A stretch of DNA of 64,000 bases from Planctomycetota bacterium (GCA_022705325.1 JAKJER010000003.1:181419-245418); one strand, 5' to 3'; positions 22,491-33,219 are shown, numbered from the stretch's first letter. Notes: generated by a model not told the origin, from the letters alone. A program made the numbers and translations.

Positions 22491-23333
22491 ATGACCGCGA
22501 TCAATCTGCTGTGCGCGATGTGGACGCTGACCCTGGCCGCCGGGCCCGCTCAAAGCGTGGGCGAACCGATGGTGTACAAGACCGTAGAGGGCAAGCCGCT
22601 CAGGCTGTACGTCGTCAAGCCCGCCGACTGGAAGGCCTCCGACCACCGCCCCGCGATCGTCTTCTTCCATGGCGGCGGATGGACGGGCGGCCAGCCGACC
22701 CAGTTCAACGAGCACTGCGACCACTTCGCCGCCCGCGGGATGGTGTGTATCCAGGTCCAGTACCGTCTGATCGGGCGAGGAGCGAAGGAGACGCCGCAGG
22801 CGTGCGTGTACGATGCCCGCTCGGCGATGCGGTGGGTGCGTGGGCGGGCCGATCAGTTGGGCATCGACCCCAAGCGGATCGCCTCGGCCGGCGGCTCGGC
22901 CGGGGGCCACCTGGCCGCCCACGTAGGGATGGTGGACGCCCTGGACGATCCGGCCGATGACAAGAGCGTCTCGCCGAAGTCCAACGCGATGTTGCTGTTC
23001 AATCCGGTATTCGACAACGGTCCCGACGGCTGGGGCCATGCCCGCGTCGGCGACCGGTACAAGGAGTTCTCGCCCGCCCACAATGTCAGCCGGGATGACC
23101 CGCCGGCCATCGTATTCCTGGGATCCGAGGACAAGCTCATCCCGGTCAAGACTCTCGACGCGTTCAAGACGGCCATGGAGAAGGCGGGCGTGCGGTGCGA
23201 GGCGCGGGTCACGCAGGGCGCCGGCCACGGGTTCTTCAATCCCAACCGCGACGGCGGGGCGCACTTCAAGAAGACGCTGGCCGAAACGGATGCGTTCCTG
23301 GTCTCGCTGGGATGGCTGAAGGCGAAGTCCTGA
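22491..23333 (+). CDS. Secreted alpha/beta-hydrolase (esterase/lipase type)
   Basis: ATG 22491 is preceded by GGAG at 22481. The protein has signal peptide MTAINLLCAMWTLTLAAGPAQS, an oxyanion HGGG motif (FFHGGGWTGG) and a nucleophile elbow GGSAGGHLA. The 631-aa track ORF is an upstream extension antisense to hypF. Confidence 0.75.
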   Translation: MTAINLLCAMWTLTLAAGPAQSVGEPMVYKTVEGKPLRLYVVKPADWKASDHRPAIVFFHGGGWTGGQPTQFNEHCDHFAARGMVCIQVQYRLIGRGAKETPQACVYDARSAMRWVRGRADQLGIDPKRIASAGGSAGGHLAAHVGMVDALDDPADDKSVSPKSNAMLLFNPVFDNGPDGWGHARVGDRYKEFSPAHNVSRDDPPAIVFLGSEDKLIPVKTLDAFKTAMEKAGVRCEARVTQGAGHGFFNPNRDGGAHFKKTLAETDAFLVSLGWLKAKS

Positions 23334-23359
23334 CCTTGGAAATCACGCCCGGGTCGGGG

Positions 23360-24202
23360 CTACTTGCCTCCTCGTTGCGGCTTGCCGTCATCGGCGTCGT
23401 AGGGTCCGCCTTCGAGGATCGTGCCCTTGATCTCGACGCGCTCGGCGAACTCGGCCCGCCCGTTGGACGGGTTGACGCCCACCAGCAGACCCGAGAGACG
23501 CGGATCTCCACAGGAGATCTCGAAGTGCGTGGGCATGGAGGTGGTAAGGGCCGACAGAACGCGGTCCTTGCGTCGGCCCAGGACGCCATCGTACGGACCC
23601 GTCATCCCCAGGTCGCTGATGTACGCGGTGCCCTTGTCCAGGACTCGAGCGTCGGCGGTGGGAATGTGGGTGTGCGTACCGAAAACGATGCTGGCCCTCC
23701 CGTTGAGGTGCCAGCCCATGGCGATCTTCTCGCTGGAGGCCTCGGCGTGAAAGTCAACGATGCGGATTCTGGCCTCTGCGGGCATCTCGTTCATGACGCG
23801 ATCGATCGCCTGCCAGGGCGAGTCGGCCGCGTTCATATACATCTGCCCCAGCAGGCAGGCGACGCCGGCCAGGTGGCCCGAGCGGGTCTGGACGACGGTC
23901 CATCGCTTGCCCACGGCCTGGGGTGCGAGGTTGGCGGGGCGGACGATCCGGTCGCTGCTCTCGAGGACCTGGATGACCTCGCGCTTGCGGTAGACATGGT
24001 CGCCCATGGTCACCACGTCCACACCGTAGTTCATGAGTTTCTTGAAGATCTGCGGCGTCAGACCGCTGCCGCCGGCGGCGTTCTCGGCGTTGCAGACCAC
24101 CAGGTCGATCTGCCGCTCGGCGATCAGGCCCTTGAGATGCTCGGCCAGCACGGCCCGACCGGGCCTGCCGACCACGTCTCCGATACACAGAATATTGATC
24201 AC
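23360..24202 (-). CDS. ymdB: YmdB-like metallophosphoesterase (TIGR00282 family)
   Basis: 280 aa starting MINILCIGDVVGRPGR, with the blocks NAENAAGG, GDHVY and GTHTHIPTAD. Confidence 0.85.
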   Translation of the reverse strand: MINILCIGDVVGRPGRAVLAEHLKGLIAERQIDLVVCNAENAAGGSGLTPQIFKKLMNYGVDVVTMGDHVYRKREVIQVLESSDRIVRPANLAPQAVGKRWTVVQTRSGHLAGVACLLGQMYMNAADSPWQAIDRVMNEMPAEARIRIVDFHAEASSEKIAMGWHLNGRASIVFGTHTHIPTADARVLDKGTAYISDLGMTGPYDGVLGRRKDRVLSALTTSMPTHFEISCGDPRLSGLLVGVNPSNGRAEFAERVEIKGTILEGGPYDADDGKPQRGGK

Positions 24203-24376
24203 TACGTCCGTTCGCTTTCCAGGCCGATTCCGGCAAAGGTATTATAGGTTGAACGCCGGCGGGGCGGAATGATTGACCCGTAAGCCCAAGAATCCGAGGC
24301 GGCATTCGTTTGCCCCGCCTGAGCCCGGTGGATATGATGGCAGCTTGTGACGAATCCTCCGGCCCGGAGAGGCGAT

Positions 24377-24700
24377 ATGATTCAATGCAATGACTGCGAG
24401 TTCTTCCGCAAGAGCCCCACAGGCGAAATCTCCTTCGCCTGCGACCCGTTCACCAACGTCAAAGAGCCCGAGTGCCTGACCAAGTGGCAGTTGATCAAGA
24501 TCAACCAGATGGTCGCAGGCTACCAGGCTACCCTCAACTACTATCGCAAGCTGGCCCCCATGCAGGAGAAGATGTTCAAGGTCATGGAGCGAGAGCTGGA
24601 TGACATCAGCGAGGCCGACCGCTGGAAGGTGAACGAGGAAGACGAACCCCCGGCGGACGAAGACCCCGACGACTGGAACGGACCGCCCATCGGGCGATGA
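24377..24700 (+). CDS. Hypothetical small Cys-containing protein
   Basis: ATG 24377 is preceded by GGAGAGG at 24366-24372. The 107-aa protein starts MIQCNDCEFF...FACDPF...EPEC (4 Cys, zinc-ribbon-like) and has an acidic C-terminal tail. I recognise no family. Confidence 0.5.
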   Translation: MIQCNDCEFFRKSPTGEISFACDPFTNVKEPECLTKWQLIKINQMVAGYQATLNYYRKLAPMQEKMFKVMERELDDISEADRWKVNEEDEPPADEDPDDWNGPPIGR

Positions 24701-24738
24701 CGAGGCGGTGACGGACGACGCGCCGGAACGAACCAGCG

Positions 24739-24770
24739 CCGGCGAGACCGATGGGAATCGGCCTCGCCGG
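24739..24770. terminator. Hairpin between convergent genes (possible bidirectional terminator)
   Basis: The sequence ccggcgagaccgat-ggga-atcggcctcgccgg pairs at 13 of 14 positions with a 4-nt loop. It lies between the stop of the small Cys protein (24700) and the stop of bfr (24827). There is no clear U tract. Confidence 0.35.
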
Positions 24771-24826
24771 TGCTGTCGCGTTGGCGCAAGGAACGCGAGG
24801 ATCGCTCGATCACAAGCCGGCGCACA

Positions 24827-25297
24827 CTACTCGCGGACCTGGTGGACCAGGTAGAGCTGAGTGCCGAGCTGGCTGATCTGGTCGAGGTTCTCCTCGATCT
24901 CGTCGAGGTGTCCGTCCTCATCGGCCAGGATCGACTCCAGGAGCTGCTTGGTGGCGTTGTCGCCGACATCCTGGGCCAGCTTGATGGCGTCGTTGTACGC
25001 CTTGATCGCGCCGCTCTCCGCGCCGAGATCGTTCTGGAACATCTTGGGCACTTCCGAGCCGATCATCATCGGATTGAGCTTGCTGACCACCGGCAGGCCC
25101 TCCAGGAAGAGGATGCGGCCGATCAGCTTCTCGGCGTGCTTCATCTCCACAATAGCCCGGGCCTCGATCATTTTGTGGAGGCGGGCATAGCCCCAGTTGT
25201 CGCACATCTCGGAATGGACCATGTACTGGCTGATGGCGGTCAGTTCGTCGGCCAGTAGACTGTTCAGTCTGTCGATCAGAGCCTGGTTGCCTTTCAT
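24827..25297 (-). CDS. bfr: Bacterioferritin
   Basis: 156 aa starting MKGNQALIDRLNSLLADELTAISQYMVHSEM. Ferroxidase-centre residues fit the Bfr pattern (E..EE..H, EDGHLDEIE), as does the heme-ligand Met context EMKHAEKLI. I prefer ATG 25297 over the track start at 25468. Confidence 0.9.
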   Translation of the reverse strand: MKGNQALIDRLNSLLADELTAISQYMVHSEMCDNWGYARLHKMIEARAIVEMKHAEKLIGRILFLEGLPVVSKLNPMMIGSEVPKMFQNDLGAESGAIKAYNDAIKLAQDVGDNATKQLLESILADEDGHLDEIEENLDQISQLGTQLYLVHQVRE

Positions 25298-25452
25298 CGG
25301 TCGTGCTCCCGTTATGGATGGTCGGCCCACACGGTCCCGTCCGGCCCTTCCGGGGGGAACCTTCCGGCCTGTGTCTGCCGGCGTCGGCCGCAAAGGTGAC
25401 AGTATACGCACTGGCGGCCGGCGAGAAAATCCCCAAGCCAGAAATTCACCCC

Positions 25453-25707
25453 ATGTACCACCTTGCACCCGGAGGGGGCGGTGGGAATAATGAGGGCGTG
25501 GAACCTTTGCCCGAACAGGCTGTCTGGTTCTGGAAATTGGCCTGCTGTCTGCTGCCGCTGGCTGTCGCGTGCCTCGGCGCCCACGCCTTGGCCGGTCGGG
25601 GCGGGACGTATCTTCTGGGCCGGCTCTGGCACGCCCTGTCGACCTTGTCGCTGGCCGGCGCGGGAATGGTGGCGCTGGCGGGGTTGGTCGTCTGCGCCAT
25701 CGCGTGA
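25453..25707 (+). CDS. Possible small two-helix membrane protein
   Basis: The 84-aa reading from ATG 25453 has two hydrophobic stretches (AVWFWKLACCLLPLAVACLGAHAL; LSTLSLAGAGMVALAGLVVCAIA). No family is recognised, so it may be non-coding. Confidence 0.25.
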   Translation: MYHLAPGGGGGNNEGVEPLPEQAVWFWKLACCLLPLAVACLGAHALAGRGGTYLLGRLWHALSTLSLAGAGMVALAGLVVCAIA

Positions 25708-25798
25708 GCGACTGCAGGAACCAGCAAAGCCACGGGAGCCGCGGGACGACTCCCGGGGCTCCCGTGGCCTGTTACGCTCGCGACTCCTCGACGGGCTC

Positions 25799-27016
25799 CT
25801 AGAACAGCTTGCCTTGCACCGGCAACTCGCCGACCAGCGGGGCGGCGTATCTTCGGAAGGCCTCGGTGATGCCGTTGCCCGCGGTGTTGATGAACTCGAT
25901 GGGCAGGTCCTTCGTCTCGCGGGCCACGTCTTTCAGTTCGGCGCGGAAGCACTCGACGGCGTAGTCCTTGCCTTCGCCGATCCGCTTGAAGGCGACCGAT
26001 CCGTCGACGTTGCCGGCCATGGCGTACTCCACGGCCTTCGTGCCGGCCAGGCGGGCCTCCGCCTGGTCGACCGGCGAGGCGTAGCCGGCGAAGCTGCGCT
26101 GCAGATAGCCGAACGTATCCGCCCGGACGCGCATCTTCTTGACGCCCAGCTTCTGGGCGACCTTGAGCTTGACCAGGTTGGCCAGGTAGTCGCCCAGGGC
26201 GCCGCTGCCGGAGAGTTGCACGTTGCCGTGACTGTCGCGCTCGACGTCCTCGGCCAGCTTCTCGCCCCAGGCCTTGCCGTCCTCGTCCTCGATGCCCTCG
26301 CTGACGGCGACCAGGCAGCGCCCGAGCTTGCCGTACACCTCGGCGACCTCGTTGACGAACTTGTCCTGGCTGACCGGCGCCTCGGGGACGTAGATCAGGT
26401 GCGGTCCGTCGCTGTCGTCCTGACGGGCCAGGTGGCTGGCGGCCGTGAGCCAGCCGGCGTGGCGACCCATGATGACGTCGATCTTCACCCCGGGAAGGGC
26501 GGCGTTGTCGCGGTCGTCGCCCATGATGGCGCTGGCGACGAATCGACCGGCCGAGCCGTACCCCGGGCAGTGATCGGTCACGCGAAGATCATTATCGATG
26601 GTCTTGGGGATGTGAAACACCCGCAGTTCGTAGTTGGACTGGGCCGCCAACTCGTTGACGATGCGGGCGGTGTCGGCGGAATCATTGCCGCCGATATAGA
26701 AGAAGTAGCGGATATTGTGCTTCTCGAAGACCTCGAAGATTCGAGTGCAGTAGTCGGCATCGGGCTTGTCGCGGGTGGAGCCCAAGGCGGCCGCCGGCGT
26801 GACGGCGATCCGCTCGAGCAGGCCGGCGTCGAGCTTCTTGAGATGGAGGAAGTCCTCCTCGACAATCCCGCGGACGCCGTGGCGCGCGCCCAGGAGATTC
26901 TCGATGGCGTCGCAGTCGGCAATGCCCTGGATCACGCCCACCAGGGACTGATTGATGACGGCCGTCGGCCCCCCGGACTGCCCGATGACGGCATTGCCTC
27001 TAATGACGTTGCTCAT
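25799..27016 (-). CDS. pfp: Phosphofructokinase family A, probably PPi-dependent (pyrophosphate--fructose-6-phosphate 1-phosphotransferase)
   Basis: 405 aa with the blocks GQSGGPTAVINQ, IGGNDS and PKTIDNDL. Lys in PKTIDND (Gly in ATP-dependent enzymes) is the classical discriminator favouring PPi. Asn in GGNDS is atypical for either class. Confidence 0.8.
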   Translation of the reverse strand: MSNVIRGNAVIGQSGGPTAVINQSLVGVIQGIADCDAIENLLGARHGVRGIVEEDFLHLKKLDAGLLERIAVTPAAALGSTRDKPDADYCTRIFEVFEKHNIRYFFYIGGNDSADTARIVNELAAQSNYELRVFHIPKTIDNDLRVTDHCPGYGSAGRFVASAIMGDDRDNAALPGVKIDVIMGRHAGWLTAASHLARQDDSDGPHLIYVPEAPVSQDKFVNEVAEVYGKLGRCLVAVSEGIEDEDGKAWGEKLAEDVERDSHGNVQLSGSGALGDYLANLVKLKVAQKLGVKKMRVRADTFGYLQRSFAGYASPVDQAEARLAGTKAVEYAMAGNVDGSVAFKRIGEGKDYAVECFRAELKDVARETKDLPIEFINTAGNGITEAFRRYAAPLVGELPVQGKLF

Positions 27017-27018
27017 GG

Positions 27019-28365
27019 CTATCCTTTCAGCATTTCACGTTCGATGAAGGTGGTGTCCCACTCGCCATTGACGAACCGCTCGTGGCGAAGGACGTCTTTG
27101 CACAAGGCGATAGTCGTCTTGGTGGGATGGATGACGAACTCGTCCAGGGCCCGCCGAGCAGTGGCGATGGCCTCGTTGCGGGTGGGGCGGTGGACGATGA
27201 GCTTGCCGATCAGCGAATCGTAGGTGGACGGGATCTCGTAACCCTGGTAGATATGGGAGTCCCACCGCACTCCCAGCCCGCCTGGGGCGACGAACGCCTC
27301 CACCCGCCCGGGGCTGGGGCGGAAGTTGTGGACCGGGTCCTCGGCGTTGATGCGACACTCGATGGCGCAGCCCTGCTGACGGATGTCTTCCTGGCGCAGC
27401 GTCAGCGGCTCGCCCGCGGCCACGCGGATCTGCCACTTGACCAGATCCTCGCCCGTGACCATCTCGGTCACCGGATGCTCGACCTGGATGCGGGTGTTGA
27501 CCTCCAGGAAGTAGAACTGTCCACGCTGGTCGAGCATGAACTCGACCGTGCCGGCGGAGTAATACCCCACGCTGCGGGCCAGACGGACGGCGGCATCGCA
27601 GATTTCCTGGCGGAGCTTGGGGTCCAGGGCGGCCGACGGGCTCTCCTCGATGACCTTCTGGCGGCGCCGTTGGACGGAGCACTCGCGTTCGGCCAGGTGG
27701 ACAACGTTGCCCTGCTGGTCGCCCAGAAGCTGGATCTCGATGTGGCGGAAGTTCTCGATGCACCGCTCCATGTAGCATCGCCCGTCCTTGAAGGCGATCT
27801 CGGCCTCGCTCTGGGCCTGCTTGAAGCTCGAGCGAAGGGTCGCCTCGTTGTGGGCAAAGCGGATGCCGCGTCCGCCGCCGCCGGCGGCGGCCTTGATGGC
27901 CACCGGGTAGCCGATCTGCTCGGCGATCTGGACGGCCTGCTCGACGCTGTCGACCGGGCCGTTGGAGTCGGGGGCCATGGGGACGCCGGCCTTGCGGGCG
28001 AGTTCCTTGGCCTTGATCTTGTCGCCCAAGGCCCGCATGGACTCCACGCTGGGCCCGATGAACTCGATCTTGCAGTCGCGGCAGACTTCCGCAAAGTGGG
28101 CGTTCTCGGCCAGGAAGCCATAGCCGGGATGGATCGCCTCGACGTCGGCGATTTCCGCGGCCGCGATGATCCGGGGGATGTTGAGATAGCTTTCGACGGA
28201 CGGCGCCCCGCCGATGCAGATCCGTTCGTCGGCCAGGTGGAGATAGCTGGCGTTGCGGTCGGCCTGGGAGAAGACGGCCACCGTTTCGATGCCCATCTCC
28301 TTGCAGGCACGGATGATTCGCAGAGCGACTTCGCCGCGGTTGGCTACGAGAATACGTCGAAACAT
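27019..28365 (-). CDS. accC: Acetyl-CoA carboxylase biotin carboxylase subunit
   Basis: 448 aa from ATG 28365, starting [34 protein letters not shown]-grasp blocks are present ([31 protein letters not shown]). The track ORF (678 aa) runs upstream through accB in another frame. Confidence 0.95.
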   Translation of the reverse strand: MFRRILVANRGEVALRIIRACKEMGIETVAVFSQADRNASYLHLADERICIGGAPSVESYLNIPRIIAAAEIADVEAIHPGYGFLAENAHFAEVCRDCKIEFIGPSVESMRALGDKIKAKELARKAGVPMAPDSNGPVDSVEQAVQIAEQIGYPVAIKAAAGGGGRGIRFAHNEATLRSSFKQAQSEAEIAFKDGRCYMERCIENFRHIEIQLLGDQQGNVVHLAERECSVQRRRQKVIEESPSAALDPKLRQEICDAAVRLARSVGYYSAGTVEFMLDQRGQFYFLEVNTRIQVEHPVTEMVTGEDLVKWQIRVAAGEPLTLRQEDIRQQGCAIECRINAEDPVHNFRPSPGRVEAFVAPGGLGVRWDSHIYQGYEIPSTYDSLIGKLIVHRPTRNEAIATARRALDEFVIHPTKTTIALCKDVLRHERFVNGEWDTTFIEREMLKG

Positions 28366-28379
28366 GCGAGGCTCCTGCG

Positions 28380-28922
28380 TCAGCTCGGACGAACGCGGAA
28401 CAGAACCTGTCCGTACTCGACCGGCTGGGCGTTCTGGACACAGACCTCGACGATCTTGCCGACGCACTCGGCCCGGATCTCGTTCATGACCTTCATGGCC
28501 TCGATGATGCAGACGACCGTGTCGTCTCCGACGGCCGATCCGACGGTAACGTAGGGGTCGCTGTCGGGGCTGGGGGCACTGTAGAAGGTGCCGACCATGG
28601 GGCTCTTGATTTCCAGGAGGGTCTCGGCTGGGGGTTTGGGAGGCTCGACGTGGGCCGCAGAGGCAGCCGCCGCCAGGGAGGGCGTCAGTTGCGGGGCCGT
28701 CACCACGTGTCCCGCGACCGGCATGTGCGGCAGGGAGACCACCGAGGGACCTCGCTTCAGGTGCACCTTTACTTCGCCATCGGTAATGTCCACCTCGCTC
28801 AGGTCGTTGTCGACCATGAGTTGGACCAGCAGGCGGATCGAATCGATGTCCGTCCCGCTTCCGATCTTCCGCTCGCCCGCCTCGGCGGGCGCCGCAGCCG
28901 GCACCGCTGTTTTCTTGGCCAT
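28380..28922 (-). CDS. accB: Biotin carboxyl carrier protein
   Basis: 180 aa with a Pro/Ala linker and the biotinylation motif [10 protein letters not shown]. Confidence 0.9.
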   Translation of the reverse strand: MAKKTAVPAAAPAEAGERKIGSGTDIDSIRLLVQLMVDNDLSEVDITDGEVKVHLKRGPSVVSLPHMPVAGHVVTAPQLTPSLAAAASAAHVEPPKPPAETLLEIKSPMVGTFYSAPSPDSDPYVTVGSAVGDDTVVCIIEAMKVMNEIRAECVGKIVEVCVQNAQPVEYGQVLFRVRPS

Positions 28923-28987
28923 GTCGCTCTCTCTCTGTTAGATCCGCCGTCCGGTCCGCATTTGCTCGCCGTCGGCCATCTTGCCGC

Positions 28988-30109
28988 CTACCGCAACACC
29001 ATGGCTTGCAGGTCGCGGCTGAGGCGGCTGAGACGCCGAGGTCCCTGGCGGGCAACCAGCACGTCGTCCTCGATCCGCACCCCGCCGACGCCAGGCAGGT
29101 AAATCCCCGGCTCGACCGTCACGACCATCCCGCAACGCAGTCGGGTGTCGCTGGTCCTGGCCAGGGAGGGAGCCTCGTGAACTTGCCGTCCCAGCCCATG
29201 GCCCAGACCGTGTACGAATTGCTTTCCGTACCCGCCGTCCTCGACCACCTGCCGGGCGGCCGCGTCAACCTTCTTGCAGGAGGCGCCGACTGACAGAGCG
29301 GCGATGCCCGCCTGCTGAGCTCGAAGGACGATCTCGTACAATTCCGCGATTTTCGGCGGAATTGTACCGGTGAACACCACTCGCGTCAAGTCGCTGCAAT
29401 ATCCGTCAACCATCGCGCCCCAGTCGATCAGCACCGCCTCGCCCTTTCGCACCACCCGGTCCCGCGGACGATAGTGAGGCTTGGAGCCGTTAGGCCCGGC
29501 CGCGATGATCGACTCGAACGAGGGCTTGTCCGCCCCCAACATCCTCATGCGGTATTCCAGTTCGGCGGCAATCTGGCGCTCGGTGCGCCCGATCAAGGCC
29601 TTGGCCCCCCCACCGGTAAGCTCCACGAACGCCTGCTCGGCCACCCGCAGCGCCCGCTCGATCGCGCGAACCTCCTGCTGGTCCTTGATCACGCGGAGTT
29701 GGTCGACCAGGTCGTCGCTCGCGCGCACCTTGGCCGCCCCCAGCGTCTGGCCCAGCGCGCCGTGCAGTCCGACGGTGACGTTGCCCTTCTGGACGCCCAG
29801 CCGGCGAACGCCTCGGCCCTTGAGGCACTCCTTGACCGCCGCCGCCAGGCCCGCCGGACGAACGAACACTTCCAGGCCCGGACACTCCAGCCGGGCCTGC
29901 TCGTCATAGCGACCGTCGGTGATCAGGATGGCGCTCCACTCTTCGCCCACCAGCAGCCAACTGTCGTGGCCCGTGAAGCCGCTGAGATAGCCCACATCCT
30001 CAACGCGCGTAACGAGCATAGCCTGGACCTTGTGCTTGCGGGCCAGCCTGATCAACCCCCGCCGCCGTTCGGCCGTGCGGGCGGACTGCGATTGCTTTGC
30101 CTTTGCCAT
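28988..30109 (-). CDS. pepP: M24 family Xaa-Pro aminopeptidase/dipeptidase
   Basis: 373 aa with a creatinase-like N-domain and pita-bread fold metal ligands ([39 protein letters not shown]). Confidence 0.85.
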   Translation of the reverse strand: MAKAKQSQSARTAERRRGLIRLARKHKVQAMLVTRVEDVGYLSGFTGHDSWLLVGEEWSAILITDGRYDEQARLECPGLEVFVRPAGLAAAVKECLKGRGVRRLGVQKGNVTVGLHGALGQTLGAAKVRASDDLVDQLRVIKDQQEVRAIERALRVAEQAFVELTGGGAKALIGRTERQIAAELEYRMRMLGADKPSFESIIAAGPNGSKPHYRPRDRVVRKGEAVLIDWGAMVDGYCSDLTRVVFTGTIPPKIAELYEIVLRAQQAGIAALSVGASCKKVDAAARQVVEDGGYGKQFVHGLGHGLGRQVHEAPSLARTSDTRLRCGMVVTVEPGIYLPGVGGVRIEDDVLVARQGPRRLSRLSRDLQAMVLR

Positions 30110-30194
30110 GCAGACTCCCGATTGGATGCAAGTCGTTTATTAGAGGCTACGCAGAGCGGCAAGTCCACCTTTTCTTGAAGCTGAAATGGCCGAA

Positions 30195-31436
30195 CTAGAA
30201 CTTCTCCGCCTTCGCGGTAGTACGGACGAACCCGAATGGCAAACCACGGCCGCCGACGAAAGACCCGATTCCAGCCTCCAGGGCCTGGAACTCCTCGATG
30301 CATGCGCGTATCTGCCTGGCCCGGCGAAAGCTGGCCGCAACGTCATACCAGGTCACCGGATCGCAATTCTTGAATAGGAAGCCGGCCGCCAACGCGGCAA
30401 ACCAACCAAGAGCGACCAACGGCAGGAGCATGAGCTGCGCGATCCCCGTCAACAGGTAGCGCCTATGCAGTCGCGACGCCATCTCCGTCACACGCTGAAT
30501 GTTGAGCAGACGGTCAGTCGACTGGGGCGGGAGAAACTCGCCACTCGCTAGGTCCAGGCGAAAGCTGTGCAGACAAACCAAGTGGAGGTAGCGGGCGATA
30601 GGCCAGATCAACGGCAGCTTCGTTGAGAACCGAAAGGCACCACGGCGGGATTCAATCCGGACGCGCCCATGCCACGGCGGCATGTCTTGGAAAAACCCCG
30701 TGCCCAACAAGTCGATGTCGCCCCACGGGATGAACTGATGGGACAAGAGCCTCGTCCTGACGATGCCTTCCCGTGACAGGACGATCTTTTCGCTGCTAAT
30801 TCGCCAGCCTCGAAGCAATCCACCCATCCCGATAGCCGTAAGCAAGGCCGCCACCCACCAGTCCGCGTCCCCGCGCAGCCAGACCGCCGTGACAGCGCTG
30901 GCTCCCAGGAGCACGACGGCCGATACGGCAATCCAGGCCCCTGCGGGCAAGAAACTGCGCAGGTAGAGCGGGACATTGCGACGCCCCGATCCCGTGACCC
31001 CACGCCGCCACGCCCTGTGCAAGCGGCTGTAACAGTCTCCGTCCTCGGCACCTCCCGGGATTCGCAGATCAAGATACCTTCCGCCGATGTTCAAGTGGAC
31101 ATACCTACCCTCGCTCGGCCTCATGCGGCAGATGTCCGTCCAGGAGACACTCTCTCTCATCCACAGCAACCGCCCCTGCAAGCCTTCCTCGGTGGCTTCA
31201 AACAAGGCAAACGACCAGACCATGCCATCGCGCAGGGTCTTCATGCATATCAGGCCCACCGGGAGCATGAGGAGCATTGCCTCAGGCTTCGGTTGCCCAA
31301 CTTTCGTTGCGGTAGCGCCGACCCACAACACCGCGCCCAGGAAGAACAAGGCGCCTCCCGCAATTCCCATGGAAAAAAGGTGCGAGAAGAAATTGGCCGC
31401 TCGCAACTTTACAGTCTGATCGGCGGAATCACACAT
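30195..31436 (-). CDS. Hypothetical polytopic membrane protein in a lower-GC segment
   Basis: 413 aa from ATG 31436 (MCDSADQTVKLRAANFF...). Three pairs of hydrophobic helices are separated by two ~90-aa soluble segments. No family is recognised. Sampled 60-nt lines here are 50-62% G+C versus about 66-68% in the flanks. Confidence 0.5.
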   Translation of the reverse strand: MCDSADQTVKLRAANFFSHLFSMGIAGGALFFLGAVLWVGATATKVGQPKPEAMLLMLPVGLICMKTLRDGMVWSFALFEATEEGLQGRLLWMRESVSWTDICRMRPSEGRYVHLNIGGRYLDLRIPGGAEDGDCYSRLHRAWRRGVTGSGRRNVPLYLRSFLPAGAWIAVSAVVLLGASAVTAVWLRGDADWWVAALLTAIGMGGLLRGWRISSEKIVLSREGIVRTRLLSHQFIPWGDIDLLGTGFFQDMPPWHGRVRIESRRGAFRFSTKLPLIWPIARYLHLVCLHSFRLDLASGEFLPPQSTDRLLNIQRVTEMASRLHRRYLLTGIAQLMLLPLVALGWFAALAAGFLFKNCDPVTWYDVAASFRRARQIRACIEEFQALEAGIGSFVGGRGLPFGFVRTTAKAEKF

Positions 31437-31593
31437 TGCACACCCACTCTCAACCGTAAACGTGCGCAAAGCCACCCTGCAGCAAGGGGCACCGCGAATT
31501 AGCACTGGCGCCAATTCGCCAGGCTCAGCCTTCCCGCCAGGTGTTACAGCCCTGCTGCGAAGAAGTCGCCCGCTGGAGCGGACCGCCGAATGT

Positions 31594-33219
31594 TCAATGG
31601 TTGAAGTGCCTGGTCCCGGTGAAGACCATGGCCAGGCCAAGCTCGTCGGCGCGAGCGATGACGTCGGCGTCCTTCTTGGCCCCGCCGGGCTCGATAACAG
31701 CGGTCGCACCGGCCTCGACGGCCCAGTCCAGGCTGTCGGGGAACGGGAAGAAGGCGTCGCTGGCCAGGGCGCAACCCTTGGTGTCCAGCGCGCCGCCCCC
31801 GGCATACTGCTGGGCGAGCATGTTGGCCAGGCGGGCCGAGTTGACGCGGCTCATCTGCCCCGCGCCGGCGCCCAGCAGCGTCTTGTCCTTGGCCAGGACG
31901 ATCGCGTTGGACTTCACGTGTTTGGCCACCAGCCAGGCGAAGCGCAGGTCGTCCATCTCGCCGGCCGAGGGCTGGCGCTTCGAGACGACCTTCCAGTTCG
32001 ACTCGTTGAGGGCCAGGAGATCGCGGTCCTGCACCAGCAGACCGCCGACGACGTACTTGAGGAACTTCTCGTGGTTGCGCCGCGCGCTGAACGGGCCGGT
32101 CTCCAGCAGGCGGACCTCGCCGCCCCAGCCCTCGCGGGCGCGGATGATCTCCAGGCTGCCCGGCTCGAACGACGGGGCGATGATGATCTCCGCGAAGAAC
32201 CCGCCCGCGCCGGCCTGCTTGCCCCAACGCTTGTAGCTCTCCACGATCGCCTGCGCCAGCTCCGGGGTGACCGGGCGGTTGACCGCGACGATGCCGCCCA
32301 TGGCCGCGTTCACGTCGGCCAGGTACGCTTTGCGATACGCCTCGACCAGGTCCTGATCGATCGCGCAGCCGGCGGGATTGGCGTGCTTGATGATGGCGAT
32401 GGCGGGATCGGTGAAGTCCTTCACCAGTTCCAGCGCGCCGTTGGCATCGAAGTAGTTGTTGTAGGAGATCTCCTTGCCGCCCAGCAGCCTGGCCCGGCCC
32501 ACACAGGCCTCGCCGCCGTCAGGCGCGACGTAGAAGGCCCCTTTCTGGTGCGGGTTCTCGCCGTAGCGAAGGTCGCCCACTTTGCGATAGCTGAAACTGA
32601 TCCGCTCGGGGAACTCCTCGCCAAGCTGGCACGCGAGGTAGGCGGAGATGGCCGAGTCATACCCGCAGGTGGTGGCGAAGGCCTGGCGGGCCAGCTTCTG
32701 GCGCAGCCGCCCGTTGATCTGCCCGTCGTTGGCCCGCATCTGATCCAGGACGATGTTGTACTGGCTCTTGTCGGTCACGACGGTGACGAACTTGTGGTTC
32801 TTGGCCGCGGCCCGGACCATGGTGGGCCCGCCAATGTCGATCATCTCGACCGCGTCGGCGAGTGTGCAGCCTTCCTTGGCGATGGCCTGCTCAAAGGGAT
32901 AGAGCCCCACGCAGACCAGGTCGATCAGTTCGAGATTGTGCTTGGCGATGTCGGCCTGGTGGGCGGGATCGTCCCGCAAGGCCAGGATCGCCCCGTGCAC
33001 CTTGGGGTGCAGCGTGACGACTCGGTGGCCGAGCATCTCGGGGAACCCGGTCCATTCCTGGACATACCGCACCTTCAGGCCGGCCTTTTCCAGGGCCTTG
33101 GCCGTGCCGCCGGAGGAGATGATCTCCACGCCCATGTCCGCCAAGGCGCGGGCGAACTCCTCGATGCCCGTCTTGTCGAAAACGCTGATCAGTGCCCGAC
33201 GAATCTTCACGCCGTCCAT
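31594..33219 (-). CDS. purH: Bifunctional AICAR transformylase / IMP cyclohydrolase
   Basis: 541 aa starting MDGVKIRRALISVFDKTGIEEFARALADMGVEIISSGGTAKAL (MGS-like domain). The C-terminal AICARFT domain ends FTGTRHFNH. Confidence 0.95.
   Translation of the reverse strand: MDGVKIRRALISVFDKTGIEEFARALADMGVEIISSGGTAKALEKAGLKVRYVQEWTGFPEMLGHRVVTLHPKVHGAILALRDDPAHQADIAKHNLELIDLVCVGLYPFEQAIAKEGCTLADAVEMIDIGGPTMVRAAAKNHKFVTVVTDKSQYNIVLDQMRANDGQINGRLRQKLARQAFATTCGYDSAISAYLACQLGEEFPERISFSYRKVGDLRYGENPHQKGAFYVAPDGGEACVGRARLLGGKEISYNNYFDANGALELVKDFTDPAIAIIKHANPAGCAIDQDLVEAYRKAYLADVNAAMGGIVAVNRPVTPELAQAIVESYKRWGKQAGAGGFFAEIIIAPSFEPGSLEIIRAREGWGGEVRLLETGPFSARRNHEKFLKYVVGGLLVQDRDLLALNESNWKVVSKRQPSAGEMDDLRFAWLVAKHVKSNAIVLAKDKTLLGAGAGQMSRVNSARLANMLAQQYAGGGALDTKGCALASDAFFPFPDSLDWAVEAGATAVIEPGGAKKDADVIARADELGLAMVFTGTRHFNH

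Noticed and set aside
25303-25452. The full-length 134-aa ORF 25303..25707.
   Set aside because: Its 5' part overlaps the bfr start and promoter region and reads as low-complexity sequence. Only the distal 84-aa two-helix portion is retained, and even that at low confidence.
30110-31593. A mobile element or genomic island at the lower-GC segment.
   Set aside because: No integrase, transposase, tRNA anchor, inverted terminal repeats or flanking direct repeats could be found. Only a compositional deviation remains, and it is reported as a low-interest finding.
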